57,423 bases of DNA from a virus (Duplodnaviria > Caudoviricetes). The position numbers and the translations under genes are program-made. A model generated the notes under the pieces. The model was not told the origin of the DNA, made no database searches, and saw only the letters and a program-made list of their open reading frames with translations. Shown in pieces: positions 27,601 through 37,494 of this stretch (positions are counted from its first letter, which is position 1; every line of letters begins with the position of its first letter). The stretch spans positions 1 to 57,423 of IMG/VR virus record IMGVR_UViG_3300030329_003887; one strand, written 5' to 3'.

Positions 27601-30600
27601 GATGACATGATTCAACTCAAGTCAGAAGAAGTAGCTCTCTTGCGCTTTGGTGTTGATGATATCCAAAAAGAAATGCGGAAATTGTATATCGAATACCGAA
27701 AGCAGAAAGGTATTCGGCGTGGGTTGGAGAAGTCAGCCGCAAAGCTTCGAGAATACGAGGCTCAACTGGCTATAGAGAACAGCCTAAGCGTACCTTTCCA
27801 GAAATACGTTTATATGCAGAACCAAGTTCAGCAAATGGTGGGTCAACTTTCACCTGTATCAGCTAAGATCGATGAACTTAATTCGATTGAAACTAGTTTT
27901 GTCGGGATATGGAAACATCAAAAAACTCTGGATGATTTTCGCAAAACAAAAGACCTTTCTCCTGATTTTGTTCAAATACAAAGAGATCCCCTTCCGGGCC
28001 AGATTATGGAAGGTCTTGAGACAAGTCCCGGAGATTTTAATCGCCGTATGGCAGACCTCTTTGATGAATCGGGGGCTTACCTAACAGCGGAAACCACTCG
28101 TCGGTCTTTGATTATAGAGCTTCAAACATTCCTAAATGAAAGGAAAAAGAATGCCCTGAAACAGCACAATCTGGTTGAAGCTCCCGCCTCCCATAAAGAG
28201 CTAATCGACCAGATTACTGACCTCAAAGCTATTAGAAAAGAAATAGAAGATACGATAAAGAAAACAGAAACCGAACTCCGGGTCATCGCATCCTCTTCAT
28301 CACGCCATCAGTGGTTTGAACTGCAAAGGAAAGTACTGAAGCTGCAAGATGCGCGTTCGGTTATCAAAGAAGAGCTGGACGCACATAAGGCTTCAAGTAA
28401 AGTCGATTACATCGGGACTCCCCAACTTCCCCGGATGTTGCGTGACGCAGGGTTAGAGCGGGAGTTCGAAGCAGCCACACAATGGATTGAAAAAAACGGT
28501 TCCGTAAAAGCGAGAGAGGTTCTTGAGGACTTAAAGATTGGGGAGAGAGGATCAACCTTTTTGGGGCTGAACCGGGTAGATTTCCAAAAAACTCTAGAAG
28601 CTATTCGGGAATCGAAAGGCCCAATAGGGTGGAATAAAAAGCTTAAAGAGATTGAAAGCCGCTACAAGGATGCGCACTGGGAACTTAAAGAGGCCCGTAA
28701 AGATCGGCGATACGTCAATAAGATGGCGCAAAAAGAATACGATCTGCTGACCGCTAAGGCGGAAGCGGGTGATGTGGCTGCCCAAGAAGCGCTGAAAGGT
28801 GTCATCACAAAAGAACAAGAAGATCTGTATAAAAAACTTCTGGACCAAAGCCGAGCAGAAAGCCGACGATTGAAGAAAGCAGAAGAGTTGTTCGTTGGGG
28901 ATGTTGCTCTTACAAAAATGGAAGAAAACTATGCGCTTTTAAATAAGAAGCGCCGGTCACTCTTACCTCAGATAGTTCGGGCAAACCGAGAGCTAAAATC
29001 TCTTGTCTCAAAAGCATATGCGGCCAACCCACAGAAGCTCAAAGCTGCCATTAATAAGCGAAAGGAAGACCTAAAGGGTACCAAGGATCAGAAAGCTAAA
29101 GCTAAAGGGACTACTCTGACTGGGCAGATCCTGTCAGAACAACAGAAAGTGATTGATGCTCTGTTCAGAACCCACCAAAAAGTAAAAAAGGCTAAGAAGG
29201 CTGCCCGTTGGCGGAAGATTGCAAAGCAGGGAGCTGATGATTTCCGTAAGCTGGCCGAAGTATCCCGCAAAAAAGCTTCTACGATAAGCCTATTCCCCCG
29301 AACGGGCCTTCAAACAGTAAAAGAGAATGCCCACATTGGGCAAAAAATCTTTGGCAAAGCCATCAAAGAAGTGGGTCCAGCGAATGTACCGATGCCCAAG
29401 ATGGCTCTTCGACTTACCCCAGATGTGACAGAAGCTTCCCTCGATACAGCAAATGGGATTAAGATTTCAGGCACCGTGGATGATGGGCAGTTTCTCATTA
29501 AAGAGTTTGAGGTTCCCAGTCCGCTGAAGAACTCGACAGAAGAAGCCCACGCTATCGCAGAAACATTCGACTTTGCTCATCGCAATAGCTATTCCTTAGT
29601 CCTCAGCCCTGAAGCTGGGAACATGCGCTTTAATCTACAAGCTGCGCAAGTCCGCTTCTCAGGCAAAAAGGGCCAGTGGACATCGACGAGAGAAATGATT
29701 CAAGAGTTGGAGTCCCCCATTGTTCGGGAATCATTAGAGTTCAATAGTTCTATTTTGGAAATCAATCCCGCTGGGCTACGGAATAAAATCGTCAAAGAGT
29801 TTGGAGAGGACGCTCTTGAGCAGACGATTGCCCGGAATGGGGCAGATGGTCAACTCCTGAAATCAGTCTTAGAATCCAGTGGACCCGTCAGGATTACAGC
29901 AAGAGAGGCGGGAGCCTTACAAGATGACTTAGCAACCTCTCTGGCTGTCTGGGCAGAAAGATTATTACCAGAGAATCAAGAGCTTAAGCTGGCATCTGAA
30001 ATGGCTGAAGCCAGTATTGCTTACTCGATCAACAATCCCGGTGTAAAGGGGCTTCTGTACAAAGGCCTTAATGCCCTTGTCTGGCAGTTTGACCCACAAC
30101 TTGCCCGAATCGGATTGGCCAGTAAGCATCAAGATGACATTTTAAAAGCGGGTGAAAATCTCTTTGACCAGTCCAAGGGGGAACTTGCCAGTATTCTTCG
30201 GGGTGTAGGCGACCAAGACGCAGCAGTCAGTAAAATACATATGTATTTGGATGGTACGCAATCTTACACAATGACGATGAATCGAACGACTGTAATGAAT
30301 GTCGGACCGAAGACGCATTTTGAGCGGGCAAAAGAGTATGCCGCTGCCGATAAGGGCACCTATGCCCTAAAAGGCGGGAAGAAAGGGGCAAAAGAAACCC
30401 AGAAAGTCGATGCTGCCCAAGGCTATGCTGATGTCCAAAGCCTTCTCCGGGACGGAGCGAACCCATTTATCCTTGGTGTATCCCGCATGTGGCTACCCCG
30501 AGGATGGACAGCTTCGCAGGGACTGGGAAAAACTCTCTACTCTCAAGCTCGGAAGGTTATCGCCAACTCAAGCTCATATGAAGAAATGGCGAAAAAGATG

Positions 30601-32736
30601 TGGGGTTTGACAGCAAAGCATCTTGAGCCACATGTCGGAAAAATAGAGTTGAAGGATGGCACAAAGATTACGAATCTTGATGCTCGTGTTGTCCGTGTCC
30701 ATACCCTTGGCGCAATGGCGACTCTTTGGGGCTCCATGACACATGATCTGGGCCGCATTGCCCGGAAATCTATGGGCGGTGTAATCACTTCGGCTGAAGC
30801 AAAAGACCTTACTCGGTTCTTTTCAGGCGAGTTTACCAGTGTCAAAGATGTGGATCTCGTATTCAACACCCTACGCACTCTTGGGCACTCATCCGCAAAC
30901 CCCAAGGTCAAGATACTATTTCGGGGCCTCGCACGAACATCAGAAGAACTCACCCAAAAACTAGTGAACACTGCTCTGGGCCCAGATGGGGATAATCTTC
31001 TGGCTCTTGCCCCGATCCGTCGTCAGCTTGCTAAGTCTCTGGATGGTGACATCAAGACTCTGGATGCCCTCCCAGCGTTAGACCCGGCTGCTGGAACTAA
31101 CTCGGCGTTCTGGCTTGGCCGAAAGTATCTATTAATATTGAAGCAGGGCCTTACTCGTGGATTCTTTATTCGAAGCGAAGGCCATATCCAATTCCAAATG
31201 GCTGGAGATTGGAATCAAATGTGGTTTGAAAAGAAGATCGGCTTTACCACAGCTTCAAAGATCTTCGCACAAAATGAGGTGATGACCATACCAGTACTTG
31301 GTCGAGCCCTACAAGACCACATTAGTAATACATCTAAAAAGGTCGGACATAAAAAACCAGTCTTAAGATCAACTGTGGAGACCATTTATAATCCACACAT
31401 CGCGGACTTCTGGCAGGGGAAAGATTTCTTTGTTCGAGTGGGCAAAGATGGCCCAATCCATTCGGGCGATCAAATCCGAAAGGCATTTATCGAAGGTGGA
31501 GTTCTGGAAACTCCGATCGCCGAAGACCTTGTCCGGGAAGCTCAACAGCTTTCACGAACGACTCCGGAGTTCAGAAAACTCAGTAAACTCATGGGCGCGG
31601 TTCCGGCCCGAGCAAAGAAGTTTCTTAAAGATTGGGATCGAATAGTTGAAGATTCTGTTGTCGCTATGCAACAGCGGCAGCGGGTGGGGACAGGTTTAAT
31701 CCTCATGAAAGAGGGCCACAGCCTCAGCGAATCCGTCAACTTAGTCAATAAAGCTATCTATGATTGGAAGCATGGGATTTCTCAAGCAGAGCTTCTTTAC
31801 CATCTTCAGATTCTTCCATACTATCGATGGTTCCGGCTTGCCCAAAAGCAGTTCTTCTCAGCCATTCTGGATCCCATCACTAAACCGAACATCCAAAAGA
31901 TGGCAGAGACCTTGGCGGGGCAGACACAGTTCAATGCTTTCCGACAAATGTATCGAGGGCAACAAGATGTGATGCCCATTCTCTTGGGGATGGAAAGTCC
32001 GGAAGAGCTTTTTGAGACTCGTTCATATCATGATGCTCTTGCGCCAGCCTATGTTCCACCTTGGATGAAAGAAACATATCCAGTAACTGGAATCGAGCCA
32101 GCTACTCAGGCGGAGATAGAACGAAAAGCCAAGACAGGGCGGACGGTTACCCACTGGGCAAGTATCGGCCCAATGCAATCTCTTGTAGATGTTGCTAAGA
32201 TTAATATGGGTTTCGCCCTCTTGGGGGGATCAATCATTGCCATGGCAAAGGGCGAATCGGCTGCAGCCAAAGACCTCCGAATCAAAGGTCTTGATGGTTT
32301 AACTGGGCTGATGTACCCCTTTCTTCGTGAAACAATTAATCCGATGGTAGGTGTTACCCAATACCACCCCGAACTGGGGGTTGAATGGCAGCCGATTAAT
32401 GATTCTCACGCTGCCATCATTCAAAGTATAGATCCTGATGGCGTAAGGATAGACCCAGAAACAAAAAAACCTTATGGCCATGCAAACTGGAGATTTCTTT
32501 TCTCGGCAGTCCCCGGATTCATTGGAACATTGCCAAGGATTGTTGATGCTGCATATGTAAAAAACCGAGGTTTAGATTCAGATATCTGGGATTATACGAA
32601 GAGCCTTATTGGTAACTATACTCGCTGGAATCGGACCTATCCAGTAGACATTAATGTCGAAGCCCAGAGGCGAAGAAGAGACGCGGCTGTCCACCTTTCT
32701 GGACTAAAAAGAAAGGCTGCTCTTGAAAAACAATAA
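24679..32736 (+). CDS. Giant putative ejection/polyvalent protein (2685 aa) with GNAT-like domain
   Basis: Largest ORF; helical/coiled-coil; internal ILSAEIPENLRHRGMGFELYLQALKEAKNKGY resembles GNAT motif A. Confidence 0.65.
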   Translation: MADEKEFPDSGFQPGFFLTLAQQADDDKFWERAEADYKRAIGEPVDEPVFATGAVPKPKTPAQIAKQQQNIIDLGTPESELPQLSPTLARHASPEVALNLRHSLSQGTQIDEKEKHMYFTRHYIQSEPFRKRVDLDFEAGNMTPAQQNRVQFAREVLAQMGKSSELKDLQNEIDSVEKAIANLPQAPRARTDVIVGSSYDKEDQKLIAERGTLVRELKKKKAEMLKSQEGVESFLAGVDSAVIQTTGVGPSKRLRVNTTRDPLTGKVALDIDTTFPLLTRAYTRDILQDRGLSYTNASPEQLREVHQIAHDKAASDIISVGLRMRDSIFYDSNVPVVEDLAEKPAWERRLLSFSKRKVGTGNTHWIGRKIGLPQDTYGVFNPTVDELAREGTLSWTMRMSPMDYQAIKMKMIRDVLTKNGKELMDIDDAALYAYAYINPFLSSTVAAANLPAGALGIELSAPDTDDIMRDLGITPEQEVETFLRGHYHLDEGRAIQGEMSAMMAKAFGASKAEQFKARESTENSKWSAVAPFMTYFVDPDLITLSLLGFGKGISMALKLHRFHKLNKFADRMDEAAADPAMTYDKFRQTLREEDPAKAQVLQTYVEGKLGEPSGTISSLDEHRRTIKQAYRDSQKELKNTAPEAVDTIPYKQVETMLERERIVDTITAKEKIAAKAIDNFKKAEIALNDAKANVLPVPRRQTHWRTEFEPGGVARPAPKSAEEAAIAAKVDARIPHSPKIGSITSKEIREAAAAVPEGSPSGFVSGIRFQMDLGELKILSAEIPENLRHRGMGFELYLQALKEAKNKGYGFRSGDGLKQPPVMKLYKDLEEAGVPLRVSVEDVPNTTLRVHDFSLPANDLAKLDLDKVLEAYQAKHADKGPGPLFNRPGMVVRETAPQFLLPLFDNLEEAASAVQKAKGQVKKAKDDLRQFDNSLPYGPEHPFVVDSMGRQFDIKDVIKLRKAAEKDPYIYKILDDMIQLKSEEVALLRFGVDDIQKEMRKLYIEYRKQKGIRRGLEKSAAKLREYEAQLAIENSLSVPFQKYVYMQNQVQQMVGQLSPVSAKIDELNSIETSFVGIWKHQKTLDDFRKTKDLSPDFVQIQRDPLPGQIMEGLETSPGDFNRRMADLFDESGAYLTAETTRRSLIIELQTFLNERKKNALKQHNLVEAPASHKELIDQITDLKAIRKEIEDTIKKTETELRVIASSSSRHQWFELQRKVLKLQDARSVIKEELDAHKASSKVDYIGTPQLPRMLRDAGLEREFEAATQWIEKNGSVKAREVLEDLKIGERGSTFLGLNRVDFQKTLEAIRESKGPIGWNKKLKEIESRYKDAHWELKEARKDRRYVNKMAQKEYDLLTAKAEAGDVAAQEALKGVITKEQEDLYKKLLDQSRAESRRLKKAEELFVGDVALTKMEENYALLNKKRRSLLPQIVRANRELKSLVSKAYAANPQKLKAAINKRKEDLKGTKDQKAKAKGTTLTGQILSEQQKVIDALFRTHQKVKKAKKAARWRKIAKQGADDFRKLAEVSRKKASTISLFPRTGLQTVKENAHIGQKIFGKAIKEVGPANVPMPKMALRLTPDVTEASLDTANGIKISGTVDDGQFLIKEFEVPSPLKNSTEEAHAIAETFDFAHRNSYSLVLSPEAGNMRFNLQAAQVRFSGKKGQWTSTREMIQELESPIVRESLEFNSSILEINPAGLRNKIVKEFGEDALEQTIARNGADGQLLKSVLESSGPVRITAREAGALQDDLATSLAVWAERLLPENQELKLASEMAEASIAYSINNPGVKGLLYKGLNALVWQFDPQLARIGLASKHQDDILKAGENLFDQSKGELASILRGVGDQDAAVSKIHMYLDGTQSYTMTMNRTTVMNVGPKTHFERAKEYAAADKGTYALKGGKKGAKETQKVDAAQGYADVQSLLRDGANPFILGVSRMWLPRGWTASQGLGKTLYSQARKVIANSSSYEEMAKKMWGLTAKHLEPHVGKIELKDGTKITNLDARVVRVHTLGAMATLWGSMTHDLGRIARKSMGGVITSAEAKDLTRFFSGEFTSVKDVDLVFNTLRTLGHSSANPKVKILFRGLARTSEELTQKLVNTALGPDGDNLLALAPIRRQLAKSLDGDIKTLDALPALDPAAGTNSAFWLGRKYLLILKQGLTRGFFIRSEGHIQFQMAGDWNQMWFEKKIGFTTASKIFAQNEVMTIPVLGRALQDHISNTSKKVGHKKPVLRSTVETIYNPHIADFWQGKDFFVRVGKDGPIHSGDQIRKAFIEGGVLETPIAEDLVREAQQLSRTTPEFRKLSKLMGAVPARAKKFLKDWDRIVEDSVVAMQQRQRVGTGLILMKEGHSLSESVNLVNKAIYDWKHGISQAELLYHLQILPYYRWFRLAQKQFFSAILDPITKPNIQKMAETLAGQTQFNAFRQMYRGQQDVMPILLGMESPEELFETRSYHDALAPAYVPPWMKETYPVTGIEPATQAEIERKAKTGRTVTHWASIGPMQSLVDVAKINMGFALLGGSIIAMAKGESAAAKDLRIKGLDGLTGLMYPFLRETINPMVGVTQYHPELGVEWQPINDSHAAIIQSIDPDGVRIDPETKKPYGHANWRFLFSAVPGFIGTLPRIVDAAYVKNRGLDSDIWDYTKSLIGNYTRWNRTYPVDINVEAQRRRRDAAVHLSGLKRKAALEKQ

Positions 32737-32750
32737 AAATACGGTAGAAT
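32723..32750 (+). promoter_or_regulatory. Sigma70-like promoter candidate
   Basis: TTGAAA-16 nt-TAGAAT upstream of ORF 32812. Confidence 0.4.
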
Positions 32751-32811
32751 AGTTTTACCTTTGATACTCCTTCTGTTTTGGTAGGAGCTGAAAACTTTCC
32801 CGAGGTAAAAA

Positions 32812-33438
32812 ATGCGTATTAAGCAGCGTCAAGTCCTTCCGTCCGTCGATAAACAACGCTCCGCAGCAGTCAAGGTAAAGGCTTCTGAAGCCTTGAGTGC
32901 GAACGACATCATCATGGCAACTGGTGTTTCCGGTGCCCACATGACTGTTAACCAAGCGGACGTTGATAACTTCACTGAGATCGGTGGAACTCTCTGGATT
33001 GCTGATTATGCAGTTGATAGCGGAACTACCGTCGCCTGTGCTGTCCCATGGAAGCTGATCACAGATATTGATACTTCAAGTGCTTCGGCTGTCGGACAAC
33101 CGGTTTACTTGTCAGATACTGAGGGCGCTTACACACTTTCGCCCACAGCCGCCAAACCCCATATTAAGATCGGCCATGTTGTTGCAGTTCACGCTTCAAC
33201 AGGCGCAATCCTTTTGAATCCCGGAGCTTTCTCTGGGCAGATCGGCGGGCAAGTAGCCTTCGGTGGTGGCACTACTGCAACAGTTTCAGTCGGCGCTGCA
33301 TTCAATGGTCGTCCGGTTGTCGCCACGATGAATGGCGGTAGTCGATATGTTACGAAAGCTGTTATCACTAGCGGCACACTGACGATTACGGCTAATGACA
33401 CCAACAGTGACACTGCTACATACATGATTATTGGATAG
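32812..33438 (+). CDS. Cement/decoration-like structural protein
   Basis: KASEALSANDII...AVGQPVYLSDTEGAYTLSPT...IGHVVAV pattern similar to capsid-cement domains. Confidence 0.55.
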   Translation: MRIKQRQVLPSVDKQRSAAVKVKASEALSANDIIMATGVSGAHMTVNQADVDNFTEIGGTLWIADYAVDSGTTVACAVPWKLITDIDTSSASAVGQPVYLSDTEGAYTLSPTAAKPHIKIGHVVAVHASTGAILLNPGAFSGQIGGQVAFGGGTTATVSVGAAFNGRPVVATMNGGSRYVTKAVITSGTLTITANDTNSDTATYMIIG

Positions 33439-33447
33439 GAGACCCCC

Positions 33448-33834
33448 ATGTCCTCAGAGCGAGTTTTCTGTCGGGTCTCCGGCACGCACGAGAATGTAGG
33501 ATCTTCTGAAGAGACCACACTCCAACTCCCTGCTCCGGGTGGGGGAGCTGGAATCTTTATGCTCCGTTCGTTCCACTATGTTCGAAGTGGTGGATCCGCT
33601 TCGGACTATACGCCCCGTCTTGGGCAAGCAGCTTCGTTTACTAATGGCGATATTAATGAGCGTATGGCGTACAGTACTACTCTTGTAGGTACACCAATTA
33701 ATGATGTGTTCAGCAGCGATATCCCAGTAAAGACGGACGCAAATGGTCGTCTCTACTTTCGGCCCGGTTTTGATGGTGGAGCAGATAACGATGGGGCATA
33801 CGAGTTTTTCTTTGAATATGTTCGAGGTGGGTGA
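33448..33834 (+). CDS. Small beta-rich structural protein
   Basis: 128 aa ORF, AGGAG RBS. Confidence 0.6.
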   Translation: MSSERVFCRVSGTHENVGSSEETTLQLPAPGGGAGIFMLRSFHYVRSGGSASDYTPRLGQAASFTNGDINERMAYSTTLVGTPINDVFSSDIPVKTDANGRLYFRPGFDGGADNDGAYEFFFEYVRGG

Positions 33835-35438
33835 TGGGTCTTGAATCCCCAACAATTAATGCAACTGTTTCTGGAACAACTACTGCTACAGTCGTAAATG
33901 CTGATGACTTGGAGGTAGATAGCGGAACCCTATCCATCGATGCCGACAATAATCGTGTTGGTATCAATACTACGTCGCCCGCCAAGACTCTCGGTGTAGA
34001 TGGCGATTTACATTTTCAGCCAACCGCAATTAGCACTTCACATATAACGACTGCAGGTTCGCTCGATATTCGTGCAGACAACAATATTAAAATCGGAACA
34101 GATGGGGCCGATAGTATTCGACTGGGAAGAGTTAATTCTACTGCAGTCAAGGTCCACCTACGTTCGGGCACAGATAACGACGTAGTAATCTCGAACAGTA
34201 AAGTTGGCATCGGAACAGATAGCCCATCCGAAGCCCTTCAGGTGGTGGGTAACGTAACACTATCTGGCGAGTTGGACGCTGCTACGCTAGACATTAGCGG
34301 CAATGCAGACATCGATGGCACGCTGGAAGCAGATGCAATCACTGTAGATGGTACTGCTTTAAATGAGTACATAGCAGATACTGTTGGTGCGATGGTTAGC
34401 AGCAACACAGAGAGCGGTATTACCGTAGCTTACCAAGATGCCGACAATACTCTCGACTTCACAGTTGGAACACTGAATCAGGACACTACTGGCACAGCAG
34501 CCATTGCGACTGCAGTTACTGTGGCAGATGAGTCGTCTGATACTAGCTGTAATGTCCTGTTTACCACGGCTGCAACAGGTAATCTGGAGCCAAAAAGCGG
34601 GACAAACCTTACATTCAATTCTTCTGATGGAACACTGACCGCTACAAACTTCGCCGGTACACTGACCACAGCCTCTCAAACTAATATTACTGGTGTTGGA
34701 ACTGTCAGTACAGGCACTTGGCAAGGAACAGCAATTGCTTCCGCATATCTTGATGCAGATACTGCCCACTTAAGCGGTACGCAGACATTTACAGGAGCAA
34801 AGACATTCGATGCCGACGTTATTATTTCAGGCACTACACCGCAACTGACAATCGGTGATGCTGGTGCAGAAGACACAATGTTGTTGTTCGATGGCAATGC
34901 ACAAGACTTTCGTATTGGTATTGATGACGGTTCAGATATGCTTGAGTTTGGTATCGGCAATGCCCATGGTACCACCACAACAATGGCTTTTGATGCGACC
35001 CAAAACATAGATGTTTTTAGGGCCATTAATTTAGACTCTGCTATTCCCGACAACAGCATTTGTGGAATTACAGCCGTGTTTACTGCTGGCGAATCCCTCA
35101 ATCGTGGAGACGTAGTTTACTTCAAGGCATCTGACTCAAAGATGTACAAGGTAAATATGACCGCTGGGAATGCAGACGCCATTCCCGCAGTTGCTATGGC
35201 TGGAGCAGACATTTCAGCAGATGCTTTGGGTAAGTTTGTTCTTCAAGGATTCGTTCACGATGCCGGTACATTCCCAACCTACACGGTGGCCGGAAGACTT
35301 TACGCCCCTGAAGCAGAGGGTCCGCCGACCCAAACTGCCCCATCGACAGACGGCGACTTAGTTCAAGTTATTGGTTGGGCTGTTACGGCAGATAAGATTT
35401 ATTTTAACCCAAGCCCAGATTACATTGAGGTTGCTTAA
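33831..35438 (+). CDS. Fibre protein (tail or head fibre)
   Basis: NRVGINTTSPAKTLGVDGD and KVGIGTDSPSEALQVVGN fibre repeats; Thr/Gly-rich; C-terminal cement-like domain (TAGESLNRGDVVY...QVIGWAVTADKIYFNP). Confidence 0.75.
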   Translation: MMGLESPTINATVSGTTTATVVNADDLEVDSGTLSIDADNNRVGINTTSPAKTLGVDGDLHFQPTAISTSHITTAGSLDIRADNNIKIGTDGADSIRLGRVNSTAVKVHLRSGTDNDVVISNSKVGIGTDSPSEALQVVGNVTLSGELDAATLDISGNADIDGTLEADAITVDGTALNEYIADTVGAMVSSNTESGITVAYQDADNTLDFTVGTLNQDTTGTAAIATAVTVADESSDTSCNVLFTTAATGNLEPKSGTNLTFNSSDGTLTATNFAGTLTTASQTNITGVGTVSTGTWQGTAIASAYLDADTAHLSGTQTFTGAKTFDADVIISGTTPQLTIGDAGAEDTMLLFDGNAQDFRIGIDDGSDMLEFGIGNAHGTTTTMAFDATQNIDVFRAINLDSAIPDNSICGITAVFTAGESLNRGDVVYFKASDSKMYKVNMTAGNADAIPAVAMAGADISADALGKFVLQGFVHDAGTFPTYTVAGRLYAPEAEGPPTQTAPSTDGDLVQVIGWAVTADKIYFNPSPDYIEVA

Positions 35439-36685
35439 TGGCTGACTATGAAAAAGTCAGTAATGTTGCATCTGACGACATTGAAAAGGTCAACAATATT
35501 GCAAAAAGCAGTATTGAAAAGATCAATGGTTTAACTACACCCTCTGGCACTACTACTGCCACCCGATGGGTTGTTGGTATTCACAACGGCTTTGTAGCAT
35601 ACGCCGAAAACTCTGATCTTACGTCATGGACTTCTTATTCAAGCACTGATCATAGCAACACTGCGTATGATATTGGGTTTGGTAAGGACAATAGCGGAAA
35701 CGGTATTTATATCGTTACCCGAGATCATGATGACCGTGAGCTTGAAGTTTCTGGTACAGACGTAACTTCAACGGATAACTGGACTGAAGTTGATTTGTCT
35801 TCTGACTTAAGTAGTGTTCGACAACAATACGTGATTATGTGGGGCGCACGAGCCGATGGCACGGCTGCGGGAACCTGGATGTCAGCCGGGAAACAAAACG
35901 GTCAGCGGATTCACAGGTCTACTGACGGAGGAGCAAACTGGACAAATGTAGATTTGTCGGGCATTTCAAATCATGACGCCAACCGAGGCATCCAATCAAT
36001 GGCGTCGGACGGCCAAGGAAATTGGGCATTCGCTCAGGAAAATCGCTGGTATTATTCTACAAATGACGGAGCGAGTTTTTCTGCTACAACTCCAATTACC
36101 TCGGATGTTCCGGGTCAGTCCCGTGGCGTCGTGTTCACAAATAATAGTTGGGTTTGGATCTACAGCCGATCCAGCCAAATTTATGTTCGCTCATGCGCTG
36201 CATCAGATATTACTGATTGGAGTGATGAGGTTAGACCTGAGTTAACGTATAACAAAGCGACAACGGATGGTTCTGGAACAGCCGACACAACTGTGCATCC
36301 GTTAAATCCAAGCAATACAAATGAGCAACGAGCAAGCGTGTGTGCTGCAAACGGTCGCGTGTGTTTTGCGACTACAAATGACCAAGAAATCTTTTACTTC
36401 GACGTTGACGGTAAAACAATCAGCAACCTGAACGGTAAAAAGTTTTCCGCTCATGGTGGAGGCCATGCATACGCTGGAGTCACTAACTTCGACGCAGCCG
36501 ACACGATGCAGGACATTGCAACAGACGGCACCACATGGATTGTGGTTTGTAAGGATGGGGATGCGTTTAAGAGCACCGACAACGCCGTGTCTTGGTCGTC
36601 AATTGTAACTGGGTTTGATGGTGGTGATGTTGCTGCTACAGATGACTGGAAAGCAATCACTTGTGACGTAGTCTTACCACTTTAA
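35438..36685 (+). CDS. Beta-propeller protein with BNR/Asp-box repeats (putative receptor-binding protein)
   Basis: RSTDGGANW, YSTNDGASF, KSTDNAVSW Asp-boxes; N-terminal EKVxN triple repeat. Confidence 0.7.
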   Translation: MADYEKVSNVASDDIEKVNNIAKSSIEKINGLTTPSGTTTATRWVVGIHNGFVAYAENSDLTSWTSYSSTDHSNTAYDIGFGKDNSGNGIYIVTRDHDDRELEVSGTDVTSTDNWTEVDLSSDLSSVRQQYVIMWGARADGTAAGTWMSAGKQNGQRIHRSTDGGANWTNVDLSGISNHDANRGIQSMASDGQGNWAFAQENRWYYSTNDGASFSATTPITSDVPGQSRGVVFTNNSWVWIYSRSSQIYVRSCAASDITDWSDEVRPELTYNKATTDGSGTADTTVHPLNPSNTNEQRASVCAANGRVCFATTNDQEIFYFDVDGKTISNLNGKKFSAHGGGHAYAGVTNFDAADTMQDIATDGTTWIVVCKDGDAFKSTDNAVSWSSIVTGFDGGDVAATDDWKAITCDVVLPL

Positions 36686-36701
36686 CGATTAAGGATTCTT
36701 C

Positions 36702-37073
36702 ATGGCACTCACTGTTACTGGATTCACCTCTAATACTCTCCCATACAAACTTGTGATGGAAGATGGCACAAGTCAGAGTTCGGCTGTGTCTTTTAATGGC
36801 AATGTCACGGGGACTTCTGGCAGCTTGTTTTCAATCAATATTGTGAACAACAGCAACAAAAACTATCTGAAGATTTGGGTAGGGGCCTCTGCCGCATATT
36901 CAGATGATCCCGATGTAAAAATTGAAATCTTAGCTTCACAAACTGAAGAAATCATTATCCCGAGCGGTCTACCTTTTACTGAGCTGAGCTTTATGGTCAC
37001 CCAAACTTCTGCTTCGGGCAGTAGTCAAACAGCTCCGGGCAACTCAGCTTTAGTTAAGCTTGTCACTTCGTAG
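36702..37073 (+). CDS. Small beta-sandwich structural protein, paralog 1
   Basis: GSLFSINIVNN..NYLKIW...DPDVKIEI...GLPF, shared with three neighbours. Confidence 0.65.
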   Translation: MALTVTGFTSNTLPYKLVMEDGTSQSSAVSFNGNVTGTSGSLFSINIVNNSNKNYLKIWVGASAAYSDDPDVKIEILASQTEEIIIPSGLPFTELSFMVTQTSASGSSQTAPGNSALVKLVTS

Positions 37074-37081
37074 GAGCTACC

Positions 37082-37486
37082 ATGGCATTCACCACAACTA
37101 CTTTATCCAATCCCGTTGGGAGTACGATTTACATCGACTCCGATGCCAACGCTACTGTTGAAGTCGTAGCTACAAGCGCAAAGACCGCATACCAACTCTA
37201 TATTAATAATGCGGGCAATGATGCCCCATGTTGGGTTCGGGTCCACAACAACACGGCAGCAACACCGGGCACCACAGAAGAAGACTTTAAGTTTTACGCG
37301 CCTGCTTCAGCAGCAATCAGCTATGTCATCCCGACAGGTTTAGGTTTCAGTGCGGGAATCTGTGTCTGGGCGACTGCTGCTGGGACAACCGTAGCCAACA
37401 ATGTCAGTTCAACGACTACAGGAAAAGCGGTTGGAGACACGACTGCTCCAGAAAATGCTGTAGAAATCCGCCTCCACACTTCATAG
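37082..37486 (+). CDS. Small beta-sandwich structural protein, paralog 2
   Basis: AYQLYINN...CWVRVHN..AATPGTT...GLGFSAGICVWAT. Confidence 0.65.
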   Translation: MAFTTTTLSNPVGSTIYIDSDANATVEVVATSAKTAYQLYINNAGNDAPCWVRVHNNTAATPGTTEEDFKFYAPASAAISYVIPTGLGFSAGICVWATAAGTTVANNVSSTTTGKAVGDTTAPENAVEIRLHTS

Positions 37487-37494
37487 GTGATTCC

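Noticed and set aside
33831-36685. Diversity-generating retroelement acting on fibre genes
   Set aside because: No reverse transcriptase and no template/variable repeat pair was seen.
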